This document shows, one piece after another, positions 27,501-42,100 of a stretch of 64,000 nt of DNA. Position 1 is the first letter of the stretch; every line of letters starts with the position of its first letter. Origin of the DNA: the human T2T-CHM13v2.0 reference genome, Homo sapiens; the NCBI RefSeq assembly GCF_009914755.1, contig NC_060948.1, one strand, 5' to 3'. The notes beneath the pieces were generated by a model. That model made no database searches and had not been told where the DNA came from. It worked only from the letters and a program-made list of their open reading frames with translations. The translations under genes were made by a program, and so were the position numbers.

Positions 27501-30500
27501 AATTGAATGGAGTGGAGTGGAGTCTACTGGAGTGGAATGGAATGGAATGGAAAGGAATGGAATAGAATGGAGTGAAGTGCAGTGCAGTGAAATGGAGTGG
27601 AAAGGAATGGAAAGGAAAGAATTGAATCAAATGGAATCGAAGTGAATCGAATCTAAAGAAATTGAACGCAAAACCTGGAATGAGTAGAATCGAAAAAGAT
27701 GGATTCAAATGGCAACAAATAAAATTGAATGGAATGCGGTGACGTGGAGGGGATTGGAATGGAGTTGAATGGAATGGGGTGTAATTGAATTGAATGGAGT
27801 GGAGTGAACTGGAGTGGAATGGAATGGAATGGGCAGGCATGGAATTGAAAGGCGTGGATTGGAGTGGAATTGAGAAGAGTGGAATGGAGTAGGGTGGAGT
27901 GTGGTTCAGAATATTGGAAAAGAGTGGAGTGGAATGGAATGGAATGGAGTGGAGTGGAATGGAATGGAATTGAGTGAAGTGGAGTGTAGTGGAATGGAGA
28001 GTAATGGAGTGGAGTGGACTGGAGTGGAGTAGATTGCAGTGCATTGGACTGTAGGGGATAGAAGTGGCTTGGAGTCCATGGGAGTGGAGTGGAATGGAAT
28101 GGAATGGAGTGGAATGGACTGGAACGGAATGGAATGGAATGGATTTAAATGGCAGGGAATCAAATCGAATTGAATCATATTGAATCAAGTCGAATCGAGT
28201 GGAGGAAAGAAATCGAATGAAATCGAATGGAATGAATTGAATGGAGTCGAATGTCAACCATGGAATCGAAAGTAATGTGGTAAAGTGGAGTGGAGTGTTA
28301 TGGAGTGGAATGGCATGGGGTGACATGGAATGGAATACAGTGGAGAGGAGTGGAGTGGATTGGGCTAGAGTGGAACGGAAAGCGAAGGAATGGAACTGAA
28401 TGGAGTGGAGTGGAATGGAGTGGAATGGAATGGAATGGAATGGAATGGAACGGAATGGAGTGGAATGGAATCGAATCACATGGAACTGAATGAAACCGAA
28501 TTGAATGAAATTGAATGGAGAAAATGGAATCAAATCGAACGGATTCGAATGTCATTGAATGGAATGGAAAGGAATGCAGTGAGGTGGGGTTGAGTGGAAT
28601 GGAGTGGAAAGGAATGGGATGAATTGAATTGAATGTAGGGGAGTGGAATGGAATGGAATGGAAAGGAATGGAATTGAACAAAATGGAGTGTAGTAGAATG
28701 GAGTGGATTGGAGTGGAGTGCAGGGGAGTGCAGTGGAATGAAGAGGAGTGTAGTTGAACGGAATGGAATGTATGGAATGTACTGGAATAGAATGGATAAG
28801 AATGGAATGGAATGGAATCGTATGGAATTGAATAGAATCAAATCGAATTGAATAGAATCAAATGGAAAAAATGGAGTCAAATGGAATCGAATGGCATAGA
28901 ATCGAACGGTTTTGAATGTCAGTGAATGGAAACGAATGGAATACGATGAAGTGGAGCAGAGTGGAGTGGAAAGGAGTGCAATGGAATAGGGTGGAACTGA
29001 ATTTAATGGAACAGAGTGGATTGGAGTGGACTGGAGTGGAATGGAATGGGAAGGAATGGGATTGAAAGGAGTGGCGTGCAGTGGAGTGGAGTGGCATGGA
29101 GTGGAGTGGAGTGGAATGGAGTGGAATGGAATGGAGTGGAATGGAGTGGATTGGAATGGAATGGAGTGCAGAGGAATGGAATGGAATGGTATAGAGTGGA
29201 CAGGAATGGAGTGGAGCGGATTGGAATGGAATGGAATGGAATGGAATGGAACTGAATGGACTGGAATGGAATGGAATAGAATGGAATCACAGTGAATCAA
29301 ATTGGATTGAATCGAATCGAATGGAAAAAATGAAATCAAATGAAATTGAATGGAATCGAAATGAATGTAAACAATGGAATCCAATGGAATCCAATGGAAT
29401 CGAATCAAATGGTTTTGAATGGCGTAAAATGAAATCGCAAGGAAGGCAGTGAATTCGAGTGGAGTGGAATAGAGAGGAATGAATTGGAATGGAGTGGAGT
29501 GGAATGGAGTGGATTCCAGTGGAGTGGAGTGGATTGGATTTTAATGGAATGGAATAGACTGGATTGGAGTGGTGTAGAGTGCAGTGGATAGGAGTGGAGA
29601 GGAATGGATTGGAGTGAAGTCGAGCTGAGTGGAATGGAATGGAGTGGAGCAGAGTGGAATGCAAAAGAATGAAGTGGATTGGTGTGGAATGGAATGGCGT
29701 GGAAAGGAGTGGAATAGAATGGAATGGAATCGCATGGAAGGATATCAAATCAAATGGAATCGAACGAAAATTATGAATCCAATGGAATCGAAAGGATTCC
29801 AAAGGAACGGATTCGAAAGGCATTTAATGGAATGGAAAGGTATGCAGTGAAGTGGAGTGGAGTGGAGTGGATTGTTTTAGAGTGAAATGGGGTGGATTGG
29901 AACACTATGTGGTGGAGTGGAGTGTAGTGGATCGGAGTGGAGTGCCGTGGAGTGGACTAGAGTGGGGTGGAGTGGAGTGCATTGGAGTGGAATGGAGTGG
30001 AGTGCGGTGGAATGGAATGGAATGGCATCAAATCGCATGGTAATGAATCAAATGGAATCAAATGGAATGAAATAATGGAATCGAAGGCAAACGAATGGAA
30101 TCGAATTGCACTGATTCTACTGACTTCGAACAAAATGAAATGAAATGCGGTGAAGTGGAGTGGAGTGGAATGTATTAGGGTGGAATGGAATTGAATGGTG
30201 TGGAGTGGAGTGGAGTGTCCAGGAGTGGAATGGGAAGAAATGGAATTGAACGGAGTGGAGTGGAGTGGAATGGAGGGTAATGGAGTGGAATGGAGTGGAG
30301 TGGAGTAGAGTGGAATGGGTTGGAGTGGAATGCAGAGGACAGGAGTGGAGTGTGGTGGACTGGAGTGGAGTGGAGTGGAGTGAAGTGGATTGGATTGAAA
30401 TAGAGCGGAGCAGAGTGGAATGCAATTGAATCACATGGTACTGAATCAAATCGAATGGAATTAAATCGAATGAAAAAACGGAATCAAAAGCAAACGAATG

Positions 30501-31949
30501 GAGTCAAACCACATTGGTTAGACTGATATCGAATAATATCAAAAGAAATGTGGTGAAGTGGAGTGGAGTGTAATGAAATGGGGTGGAATGAAATTGAATG
30601 GAGTGGAGTGGAGTGGAATCTACTGGAGTGGAATGGAATGGAATGGAAAGGAATGGAATAGAATGGAGTGAAGTGCAGTGCAGTGAAATGGAGTGGAAAG
30701 GAATGGAATGGAAAGAATTGAATCAAATGGAATCGAAGTGAATCGAATCTAATGAAATTGAACGCAAAACATGGAATGAGTAGAATCGAAAAAGATGGAT
30801 TCAAATGGCAACAAATAAAATTGAATGGAATGCGGTGAGGTGGAGGGGATTGGAATGGAGTTGAATGGAATGGGGTGTAATTGAATTGAATGGAGTGGAG
30901 TGGAGTGAACTGGAGGGGAATGGAATGGAATGGGCAGGCATGGAATTGAAAGGTGTGGAGTGGAGTGGAATTGAGAGGAGTGGAATGGAGTAGGGTGGAT
31001 TGTGGTGGAGAATATTGGGAAAGAGTGGAGTGGAATGTAATGGAATGGAGTGGAGTGGAATGGAATGGAATTGAGTGAAGTGGATTGTAGTGGAATGGAG
31101 AGTAATGGAGTGGAGTGGACTGGAGTGGAGTAGATTGCAGTGCATTGGACTGTAGGGGATAGAAGTGGCTTGGAGTCCATAGGGGTGGAGTGGAATGGAA
31201 TGGAATGGAGTGGAATGGACTGGAACGGAATGGAATGGAATGGATTTAAATGGCAGGGAATCAAATCGAATTGAATCATATTGAATCAAGTCGAATCGAG
31301 TGGAGGAAAGAAATCGAATGAAATCGAATGGAATGAATTGAATGGAGTCGAATGTCAACCATGGAATCGAAAGTAATGTGGTAAAGTGGAGTGGAGTGTT
31401 ATGGAGTGGAATGGAATGGGGTGACATGGAATTGAATACAGTGGAGAGGAGTGGAGTGGATTGGGCTAGAGTGGAACGGAAAGGGAAGGAATGGAACTGA
31501 ATGGAGTGGAGTGGAATGGAGTGGAATGGAATGGAATGGAATGGAATGGAATGGAATGGAACGGAATGGAGTGGAATGGAATCGAATGACATGGAACTGA
31601 ATGAAACCGAATTGAATGAAATTGAATGGAGAAAATGGAATCAAATGGAATCAAATCGAACGGATTCGAATGTCATTGAATGGAATCGAAAGGAATGCAG
31701 TGAGGTGGGGTTGAGTGGAATGGAGTGGAATGGAATGGGATGAATGGAATTGAATGGAGGGGAGTGGAATGGAATGGAATGGAAAGGAATGGAATTGAAC
31801 AAAATGGAGTGTAGTAGAATGGAGTGGATTGGAGTGGAGTGCAGGGGAGTGCAGTGGAATGAAGAGGAGTGTAGTTGAATGGAATGGAATGTATGGAATG
31901 TACTGGAATAGAATGGATAAGAATGGAATGGAATGGAATCGCATGGAAT

Positions 31950-34900
31950 TGAATAGAATCAAATCGAATTGAATGGAATCAAATGGAAAAAATGGTGTCA
32001 AATGGAATCAAATGGCATAGAATCGAACGGTTTTGAATGTCAGTGAATGGAAACGAATGGAATGCGATGAAGTGGAGCAGAGTGGAGTGGAAAGGAGTGC
32101 AATGGAATAGGGTGGAACTGAATTTAATGGAACAGAGTGGATTGGAGTGGACTGGAGTGGAATGGAATGGGAAGGAATGGGATCGAAATTAGTGCCGTGC
32201 AGTGGAGTGGAGTGGCATGGAGTGGAGTGGAGTGGAATGGAGTGGAATGGCATGGAGTGGAATGGAGTGGATTGGAATGGAATGGAGTGCAGAGGAATGG
32301 AATGGAATGGTATAGAGTGGACAGGAATGGAGTGGAGCGGATTGTAATGGAATGGAATGGAATGGAATGGAATGGAACTGAATGGACTGGAATGGAATGG
32401 AATAGAATGGAATCACAGTGAATCAAATTGGATTGAATCGAATCGAATGGAAAAAATGAAATCAAATGAAATTGAATGGAATCGAAATGAATGTAAACAA
32501 TGAAATCCAATGGAATCCAATGGAATCGAATCAAATGGTTTTGAATGGCATAAAATGAAATCGCAAGGAAGGCAGTGAATTGGAGTGGAGTGGAATAGAG
32601 AGGAATGAATTGGAATGGAGTGGAGCGGAATGGAGTGGATTCCAGTGGAGTGGAGTGGATTGGATTGGAATGGAATGGAATAGACTGGATTGGAGTGGTG
32701 TAGAGTGCATTGGATTGGAGTGGAGAGGAATGGAGTGGAGTGAAGTCGAGTTGAGTGGAATGGAATGGAGTTGAGCATAGTGGAATGCAAAAGAATGAAG
32801 TGGATTGGTGTGGAATGGAATGGAGTGGAATAGAATGGAATGGAATCGCATGGAAGGATATCAAATCCAATGGAATCGAATGAAAATTATGAATCCAATG
32901 GAATCGAAAGGATTCCAAAGGAATGGATTCGAAAGGCATTTAATGGAATGGAAAGGTATGCAGTGAAGTGGAGTGGAGTGGAGTGGATTGTTTTAGAGTG
33001 AAATGGATTGGATTGGAACACTATGTGGTGGAGTGGAGTGTAGTGGATCGGAGTGGAGTGCCGTGGAGTGGACTAGAGTGGGGTGGAGTGGAGTGCATTG
33101 GAGTGGAATGGAGTGGAGTGGGGTGGAATGGAATGGAATGGCATCAAATCGCATGGTAATGAATCAAATGGAATCAAATGGAATGAAATAATGGAATCGA
33201 AGGCAAACGAATGGAATCGAATTGCACTGATTCTACTGACTTCGAAGAAAATGAAATGAAATGCGGTGAAGTGGAGTGGAGTGGAATGTATTAGGGTGGA
33301 ATCGAACTGAATGGTGTGGAGTGGATTGGAGTGCCCAGGAGTGGAATGGGAAGAAATGGAATTGAACGGAGTGGAGTGGAGTGGAATGGAGGGTAATGGA
33401 GTGGAATGGAGTGGAGTGGAGTAGAGTGGAATGGGTTGGAGTGGAATGCAGAGGACAGGAGTGGAGTGTGGTGGACTGGAGTGGAGTGGAGTTGTGTGGA
33501 GTGGATTGGATTGAAATAGAGCGGAGCAGAGTGGAATGGAATTGAATCACATGGTACTGAATCAAATCGAATGGAATTAAATCGAATGAAAAAACGGAAT
33601 CAAAAGCAAACGAATGGAGTCAAACCACATTGGTTAGACTGACATCGAATAATATCAAAAGAAATGTGGTGAACTGGAGTGGAGTGTAATGAAATGGGGT
33701 GGAATGAAATTGAATGGAGTGGAGTGGAGTGGAGTGGAGTCTACTGGAGTGGAATGGAATGGAATGGAAAGGAATGGAATAGAATGGAGTGAAGTGCAGT
33801 GCAGTGAAATGGAGTGGAAAGGAATGGAATGGAAAGAATTGAATCAAATGGAATCGAAGTGAATCGAATCTAATGAAATTGAACGCAAAAAATGGAATGA
33901 GTAGAATCGAAAAAGATGGATTCAAATGGCAACAAATAAAATTGAATGGAATGCGGTGAGGTGGAGGGGATTGGAATGGAGTTGAATGGAATGGGGTGTA
34001 ATTGAATTGAATGGAGTGTAGTGGAGTGAACTGGAGTTCAATGGAATGGAATGGGCAGGCATGGAATTGAAAGGCTTGGAGTGGAGTGGAATTGAGAGGA
34101 GTGGAATGGAGTAGGGTGGATTGTGGTGGAGAATATTGGAAAAGAGTGGAGTGGAATGGAATGGAATGGAGTGGAGTGGAATGGAATGGAATTGAGTGAA
34201 GTGGAGTGTAGTGGAATGGAGAGTAATGGAGTGGAGTGGACTGGAGTGGAGAAGATTGCAGTGCATTGGACTGTAGGGGATAGAAGTGGCTTGGAGTCCA
34301 TAGGAGTGGCGTGGAAAGGAATGGAATGGAGTGGAATGGACTGGAACGGAATGGAATGGAATGGATTTAAATGGCAGGGAATCAAATCGAATTGAATCAT
34401 ATTGAATCAAATCGAATCGAGTGGAGGAAAGAAATCGAATGAAATCGAATGGAATGAATTGAATGGAGTCGAATGTCAACCATGGAATCGAAAGTAATGT
34501 GGTAAAGTGGAGTGGAGTGTTATGGAGTGGAATGGAATGGGGTGACATGGGATTGAATACAGTGGAGAGGAGTGGAGTGGATTGGGCTAGAGTGGAACGG
34601 AAAGGGAAGGAATGGAACTGAATGGAGTGGAGTGGAATGGAGTGGAATGGAATGGAATGGAATGGAATGGAATGGAACGGAATGGAGTGGAATCGAATCG
34701 AATCACATGGAACTGAATGAAACCGAATTGAATGAAATTGAATGGAGAAAATGGAATCAAATGGAATCAAATCGAACGGATTCGAATGTCATTGAATGGA
34801 ATCGAAAGGAATGCAGTGAGGTGGGGTTAAGTGGAATGGAGTGGAATGGAATGGGATGAATGGAATTGAATGGAGGGGAGTGGAATGGAATGGAATGGAA

Positions 34901-37900
34901 AGGAATGGAATTGAACAAAATGGAGTGTAGTAGAATGGAGTGGATTGGAGTGGAGTGCTGGGGAGTGCAGTGGAATGAAGAGGAGTGTAGTTGAATGGAA
35001 TGGAATGTATGGAATGTACTGGAATAGAATGGATAAGAATGGAATGGAATGGAATCGCACGGAATTGAATAGAATCAAATCAATTGAATAGAATCAAATG
35101 GAAAAAATGGAGTCAAATGGAATCGAATGGCATAGAATCGAACGGTTTTGAATGTCAGTGAATGGAAACGAATGGAATGCGGTGAAGTGGAGCAGAGTGG
35201 AGTGGAAAGGAGTGCAATGGAATAGGGTGGAACTGAATTTAATGGAACAGAGGGGATTGGAATGGACTGGAGTGGAATGGAATGGGAAGGAATGGGATTG
35301 AAATTAGTGGCGTGCAGTGGAGTGGAGTGGCATGGAGTGGAGTGGAGTGGAATGGAGTGGAATGGAATGGAGTGGAATGGAGTGGATTGGAATGGAATGG
35401 AGTGCAGAGGAATGGAATGGAATGGTATAGAGTGGACAGGAATGGAGTGGAGCGGATTGGAATGGAATGGAATGGAATGGAACTGAATGGACTGGAATGG
35501 AATGGAATAGAATGGAATCACAAGGAATCAAATTGGATTGAATCGAATCGAATGGAAAAATGAAATCAAATGAAATTGAATGGAATCGAAATGAATGTAA
35601 ACAATGGAATCCAAAGGTATCAAATGGAATGGAATCAAATGGTTTTGAATGGCGTAAAATGAAATCGCAAGGAAGGCAGTGAATTGGAGTGGAGTGGAAT
35701 AGAGAGGAATGAATTGGAATGGAGTGGGGTGGAATGGAGTGGATTCCAGTGGACTGGAGTGGATTTGATTTTAATGGAATGGAATAGACTGGATTGGAGT
35801 GGTGTAGAGTGCAGTGGATTGGAGTGGAGAGGAATGGAGTGGAGTGAAGTCGAGTTGAGTGGAATGGAATGGAGTGGAGCAGAGTGGAATACAAAAGAAT
35901 GAAGTGGATTGGTGTGGAATGGAATGGCGTGGAATGGAGTGGAATAGAATGGAGTGGAATTGCATGGAAGGATATCAAATCCAATGGAATCGAACGAAAA
36001 TTATGAATCCAATGGAATCGAAAGGATTCCAAAGGAACGGATTCGAAAGGCATTTAATGGAATGGAAAGGTATGCAGTGAAGTGGAGTGGAGTGGAGTGG
36101 ATTGTTTTAGAGTGAAATGGGGTGGATTGGAACACTATGTGGTGGAGTGGAGTGTAGTGGATCGGAGTGGAGTGCCGTGGAGTGGACTAGAGTGGGGTGG
36201 AGTGGAGTGCATTGGAGTGGAATGGAGTGGAGTGGGGTGGAATGGAATGGAATGGCATCAAATGGCATGGTAATGAATCAAATTGAATCAAATGGAATGA
36301 AATAATGGAATCGAAGGCAAACGAATGGAATCGAATTGCACTGATTCTACTGACTTCGAAGAAAATGAAATGAAATGCGGTGAAGTGGAGTGGAGTGGAA
36401 TGTATTAGGGTGGAATGGAATTGAATGGTGTGGAGTGGAGTGGAGTGCCCAGGAGTGGAATGGGAAGAAATGGAATTGAACGGAGTGGAGTGGAGTGGAA
36501 TGGAGGGTAATGGAGTGGAATGGAGTGGAGTGGAGTAGAGTGGAATGGGTTGGAGTGTAATGCAGAGGACAGGAGTGGAGTGTGGTGGACTGGAGTGGAG
36601 TGGAGTTGAGTGGAGTGGATTGGATTGAAATAGAGCGGAGCAGAGTGGAATGGAATTGAATCACATGGTACTGAATCAAATCGAATGGAATTAAATCGAA
36701 TGAGAAAACGGAATCAAAAGCAAACGAATGGAGTCAAACCACATTGGTTAGACTGACATCGAATAATATCAAAAGAAATGTGGTGAAGGTGAGTGGAGTG
36801 TAATGAAATGGGGTGGAATGAAATAGAATGGAGTGGAGTGGAGTGGAGTGGAGTCTACTGGAGTGGAATGGAATGGAATGGAAAGGAATGGAATAGAATG
36901 GAGTGAAGTGCAGTGCAGTGAAATGGAGTGGAAAGGAATGGAATGGAAAGAATTGAATCAAATGGAATCGAAGTGAATCGAATGTAATGAAATTGAACGC
37001 AAAAAATGGAATGAGTAGAATCGAAAAAGATGGTTTCAAATGACAACAAATAAAATTGAATGGAATGCGGTGAGGTGGAGGGCATTGGAATGGAGTTGAA
37101 TGGAATGGGGTGTAATTGAATTGAATGGAGTGTAGTGGAGTGAACTGGAGTTCAATGGAATGGAATGGGCAGGCATGGAATTGAAAGGCTTGGAGTGGAG
37201 TGGAATTGAGAGGAGTGGAATGGAGTAGGGTGGATTGTGGTGGAGAATATTGGAAAAGAGTGGAGTGGAATGGAATGGAATGGAGTGGAGTGGAATGGAA
37301 TGGAATTGAGTGAAGTGGAGTGTAGTGGAATGGAGAGTAATAGAGTGGAGTGGACTGGAGTGGAGTAGATTGCAGTTCATTGGACTGTAGGGGATAGAAG
37401 TGGCTTGGAGCCCATAGGAGTGGAGTGGAAAGGAATGGAATGGAGTGGAATGGACTGGAACGGAATGGAATGGAATGGATTTAAATGGCAGGGAATCAAA
37501 TCGAATTGAATCATATTGAATCAAGTCGAATCGAGTGGAGGAAAGAAATCGAATGAAATCGAATGGAATGAATTGAATGGAGTCGAATGTCAACCATGGA
37601 ATCGAAAGTAATGTGGTAAAGTGGAGTGGAGTGTTATGGAGTGGAATGGAATGGGGTGACATGGGATTGAATACAGTGGAGAGGAGTGGAGTGGATTGGG
37701 CTAGAGTGGAACGGAAAGGGAAGGAATGGAACTGAATGGAGTGGAGTGGAATGGAGTGGAATGGAATGGAATGGAATGGAATGGAATGGAATGGAATGGA
37801 ACGGAATGGAGTGGAATGGAATCGAATGACATGGAACTGAATGAAACCGAATTGAATGAAATTGAATGGAGAAAATGGAATCAAATGGAATCAAATCGAA

Positions 37901-39100
37901 CGGATTCGAATGTCATTGAATGGAATCGAAAGAAATGCAGTGAGGTGGGGTTGAGTGGAATGGGATGAATGGAATTGAATGGAGGGGAGTGGAATGGAAT
38001 GGAATGGAAAGGAATGGAATTGAACAAAATGGAGTGTAATAGAATGGAGTGGATTGGAGTGGAGTGCAGGGGAGTGCAGTGGAATGAAGAGGAGTGTAGT
38101 TGAATGGAATGGAATGTATGGAATGTACTGGAATAGAATGGATAAGAATGGAATGGAATGGAATCGCACGGAATTGAATAGAATCAAATCAATTGAATAG
38201 AATCAAATGGAAAAAATGGAGTCAAATGGAATCGAATGGCATAGAATCGAACGGTTTTGAATGTCAGTGAATGGAAACGAATGGAATGCGGTGAAGTGGA
38301 GCAGAGTGGAGTGGAAAGGAGTGCAATGGAATAGGGTGGAACTGAATTTAATGGAACAGAGTGGATTGGAGTGGACTGGAGTGGAATGGAATGGGAAGGA
38401 ATGGGATTGAAATTAGTGGCGTTCAGTGGAGTGGAGTGGCATGGAGTGGAGTGGAGTGGAATGGAGTGGAATGGAATGGAGTGGAATGGAGTGGATTGGA
38501 ATGGAATGGAGTGCAGAGGAATGGAATGGAATGGTATAGAGTGGACAGGAATGGAGTGGAGCGGATTGGAATGGAATGGAATGGAATGGAACTGAATGGA
38601 CTGGAATGGAATGGAATAGAACGGAATCACAGGGAATCAAATTGGATTGAATCGAATCGAATGGAAAAAATGAAATCAAATGAAATTGAATGGAATCGAA
38701 ATGAATGTAAACAATGGAATCCAAAGGTATCAAATGGAATGGAATCAAATGGTTTTGAATGGCGTAAAATTAAATCGCAAGGAAGGCAGTGAATTGGAGT
38801 GGAGTGGAATAGAGAGGAATGAATTGGAATGGAGTGGAGTGGAATGGAGTGGATTCCAGTGGACTGGAGTGGATTTGATTTTAATGGAATGGAATAGACT
38901 GGATTGGAGTGGTGTAGAGTGCAGTGGATTGGAGTGGAGAGGAATGGAGTGGAGTGAAGTCGAGTTGAGTGGAATGGAATGGAGTGGAGCAGAGTGGAAT
39001 ACAAAAGAATGAAGTGGATTGGTGTGGAATGGAATCGCGTGGAATGGAGTGGAATAGAATGGAATGGAATTGCATGGAAGGATATCAAATCCAATGGAAT
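31950..39100. repeat. ~7 kb block (copy 1) duplicated ~12.47 kb (four units) downstream
   Basis: Private variants are shared at offsets 12460-12470: GGGATCGAAATTAGTGCCG (~32180/44640), AAATGGATTG (33001/45471), GGAATCGAACTG (~33300/45770), GAGAAGATTG (~34250/46720), GTGCTGGGG (~34955/47425), CACAAGG (~35520/47990), GGCGTTCAG (~38420/50885). Confidence 0.85.
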
Positions 39101-42100
39101 CGAACGAAAATTATGAATCCAATGGAATCGAAAGGATTCCAAAGGAACGGATTCGAAAGGCATTTAATGGAATGGAAAGGTATGCAGTGAAGTGGAGTGG
39201 AGTGGAGTGGATTGTTTTAGAGTGAAATGGGGTGTATTGGAACACTATGTGGTGGAGTGGAGTGTAGTGGATCGGAGTGGAGTGCCGTGGAGTGGACTAG
39301 AGTGGGGTGGAGTGGAGTGCATTGGAGTGGAATGGAGTGGAGTGGGGTGGAATGGAATGGAATGGCATCAAATCGCATGGTAATGAATCAAATGGAATCA
39401 AATGGAATGAAATAATGGAATAGAAGGCAAACGAATGGAATCGAATTGCACTGATTCTACTGACTTCGAAGAAAATGAAATGAAATGCGGTGAAGTGGAG
39501 TGGAGTGGAATGTATTAGGGTGGAATGGAATTGAATGGTGTGGAATGGAGTGGAGTGCCCAGGAGTGGAATGGGAAGAAATGGAATTGAACGGAGTGGAG
39601 TGGAGTGGAATGGAGGGTAATGGAGTGGAATGGAGTGGAGTGGAGTAGAGTGGAATGGGTTGGAGTGTAATGCAGAGGACAGGAGTGGAGTGTGGTGGAC
39701 TGGAGTGGAGTGGAGTTGAGTGGAGTGGATTGGATTGAAATAGAGCGGAGCAGAGTGGAATGGAATTGAATCACATGGTACTGAATCAAATCGAATGGAA
39801 TTAAATCGAATGAAAAAACGGAATCAAAAGCAAACGAATGGAGTCAAACCACATTGGTTAGACTGACATCGAATAATATCAAAAGAAATGTGGTGAAGGT
39901 GAGTGGAGTGTAATGAAATGGGGTGGAATGAAATAGAATGGAGTGGAGTGGAGTGGAGTGGAGTCTACTGGAGTGGAATGGAATGGAATGGAAAGGAATG
40001 GAATAGAATGGAGTGAAGTGCAGTGCAGTGAAATGGAGTGGAAAGGAATGCAATGGAAAGAATTGAATCAAATGGAATCGAAGTGAATCGAATGTAATGA
40101 AATTGAACGCAAAAAATGGAATGAGTAGAATCGAAAAAGATGGTTTCAAATGGCAACAAATAAAATTGAATGGAATGCGGTGAGGTGGAGGGCATTGGAA
40201 TGGAGTTGAATGGAATGGGGTGTAATTGAATTGAATGGAGTGTAGTGGAGTGAACTGGAGTTCAATGGAATGGAATGGGCAGGCATGGAATTGAAAGGCT
40301 TGGAGTGGAGTGGAATTGAGAGGAGTGGAATGGAGTAGGGTGGATTGTGGTGGAGAATATTGGAAAAGAGTGGAGTGGAATGGAATGGAATGGAGTGGAG
40401 TGGAATGGAATGGAATTGAGTGAAGTGGAGTGTAGTGGAATGGAGAGTAATGGAGTGGAGTGGACTGGAGTGGAGTAGATTGCAGTGCATTGGACTGTAG
40501 GGGATAGAAGTGGCTTGGAGCCCATAGGAGTGGAGTGGAAAGGAATGGAATGGAGTGGAATGGACTGGAACGGAATGGAATGGAATGGATTTAAATGGCA
40601 GGGAATCAAATCGAATTGAATCATATTGAATCAAGTCGAATCGAGTGGAGGAAAGAAATCGAATGAAATCGAATGGAATGAATTGAATGGAGTCGAATGT
40701 CAACCATGGAATCGAAAGTAATGTGGTAAAGTGGAGTGGAGTGTTATGGAGTGGAATGGAATGGGGTGACATGGGATTGAATACAGTGGAGAGGAGTGGA
40801 GTGGATTGCGCTAGAGTGGAACGGAAAGGGAAGGAATGGAACTGAATGGAGTGGAGTGGAATGGAGTGGAATGGAATGGAATGGAATGGAATGGAATGGA
40901 ATGGAATGGAACGGAATGGAGTGGAATGGAATCGAATGACATGGAACTGAATGAAACCGAATTGAATGAAATTGAATGGAGAAAATGGAATCAAATGGAA
41001 TCAAATCGAACGGATTCGAATGTCATTGAATGGAATCGAAAGAAATGCAGTGAGGTGGGGTTGAGTGGAATGGGATGAATGGAATTGAATGGAGGGGAGT
41101 GGAATGGAATGGAATGGAAAGGAATGGAATTGAACAAAATGGAGTGTATTAGAATGGAGTGGATTGGAGTGGAGTGCAGGGGAGTGCAGTGGAATGAAGA
41201 GGAGTGTAGTTGAATGGAATGGAATGTATGGAATGTACTGGAATAGAATGGATAAGAATGGAATGGAATGGAATCGCACGGAATTGAATAGAATCAAATC
41301 AATTGAATAGAATCAAATGGAAAAAATGGAGTCAAATGGAATCGAATGGCATAGAATCGAACGGTTTTGAATGTCAGTGAATGGAAACGAATGGAATGCG
41401 GTGAAGTGGAGCAGAGTGGAGTGGAAAGGAGTGCAATGGAATAGGGTGGAACTGAATTTAATGGAACAGAGTGGATTGGAGTGGACTGGAGTGGAATGGA
41501 ATGGGAAGGAATGGGATTGAAATTAGTGGCGTGCAGTGGAGTGGAGTGGCATGGAGTGGAGTGGAGTGGAATGGAGCGGAATGGAATGGAGTGGAATGGA
41601 GTGGATTGGAATGGAATGGAGTGCAGAGGAATGGAATGGAATGGTATAGAGTGGACAGGAATGGAGTCGAGCGGATTGGAATGGAATGGAATGGAATGGA
41701 ATGGAATGGAACTGAATGGACTGGAATGGAATGGAATAGAATGGAATCACAGGGAATCAAATTGGATTGAATCGAATCGAATGGAAAAAATGAAATCAAA
41801 TGAAATTGAATGGAATCGAAAGGAATGTAAACAATGGAATCCAATGGAATCCAATGGAATCGAATCAAATGGTTTTGAATGGCGTAAAATGAAATCGCAA
41901 GGAAGGCAGTGAATTGGAGTGTAGTGGAATAGAGAGGAATGAATTGGAATGGAGTGGAGTGGAATGGAGTGGATTCCAGTGGAGAGGAGTAGATTGGATT
42001 GGAATGGAATGGAATAGACTGGATTGGAGTGGTGTAGAGTGCAGTGGATTGGAGTGGAGAGGAATGGAGTGGAGTGAAGTCGAGTTGAGTGGAATGGAAT

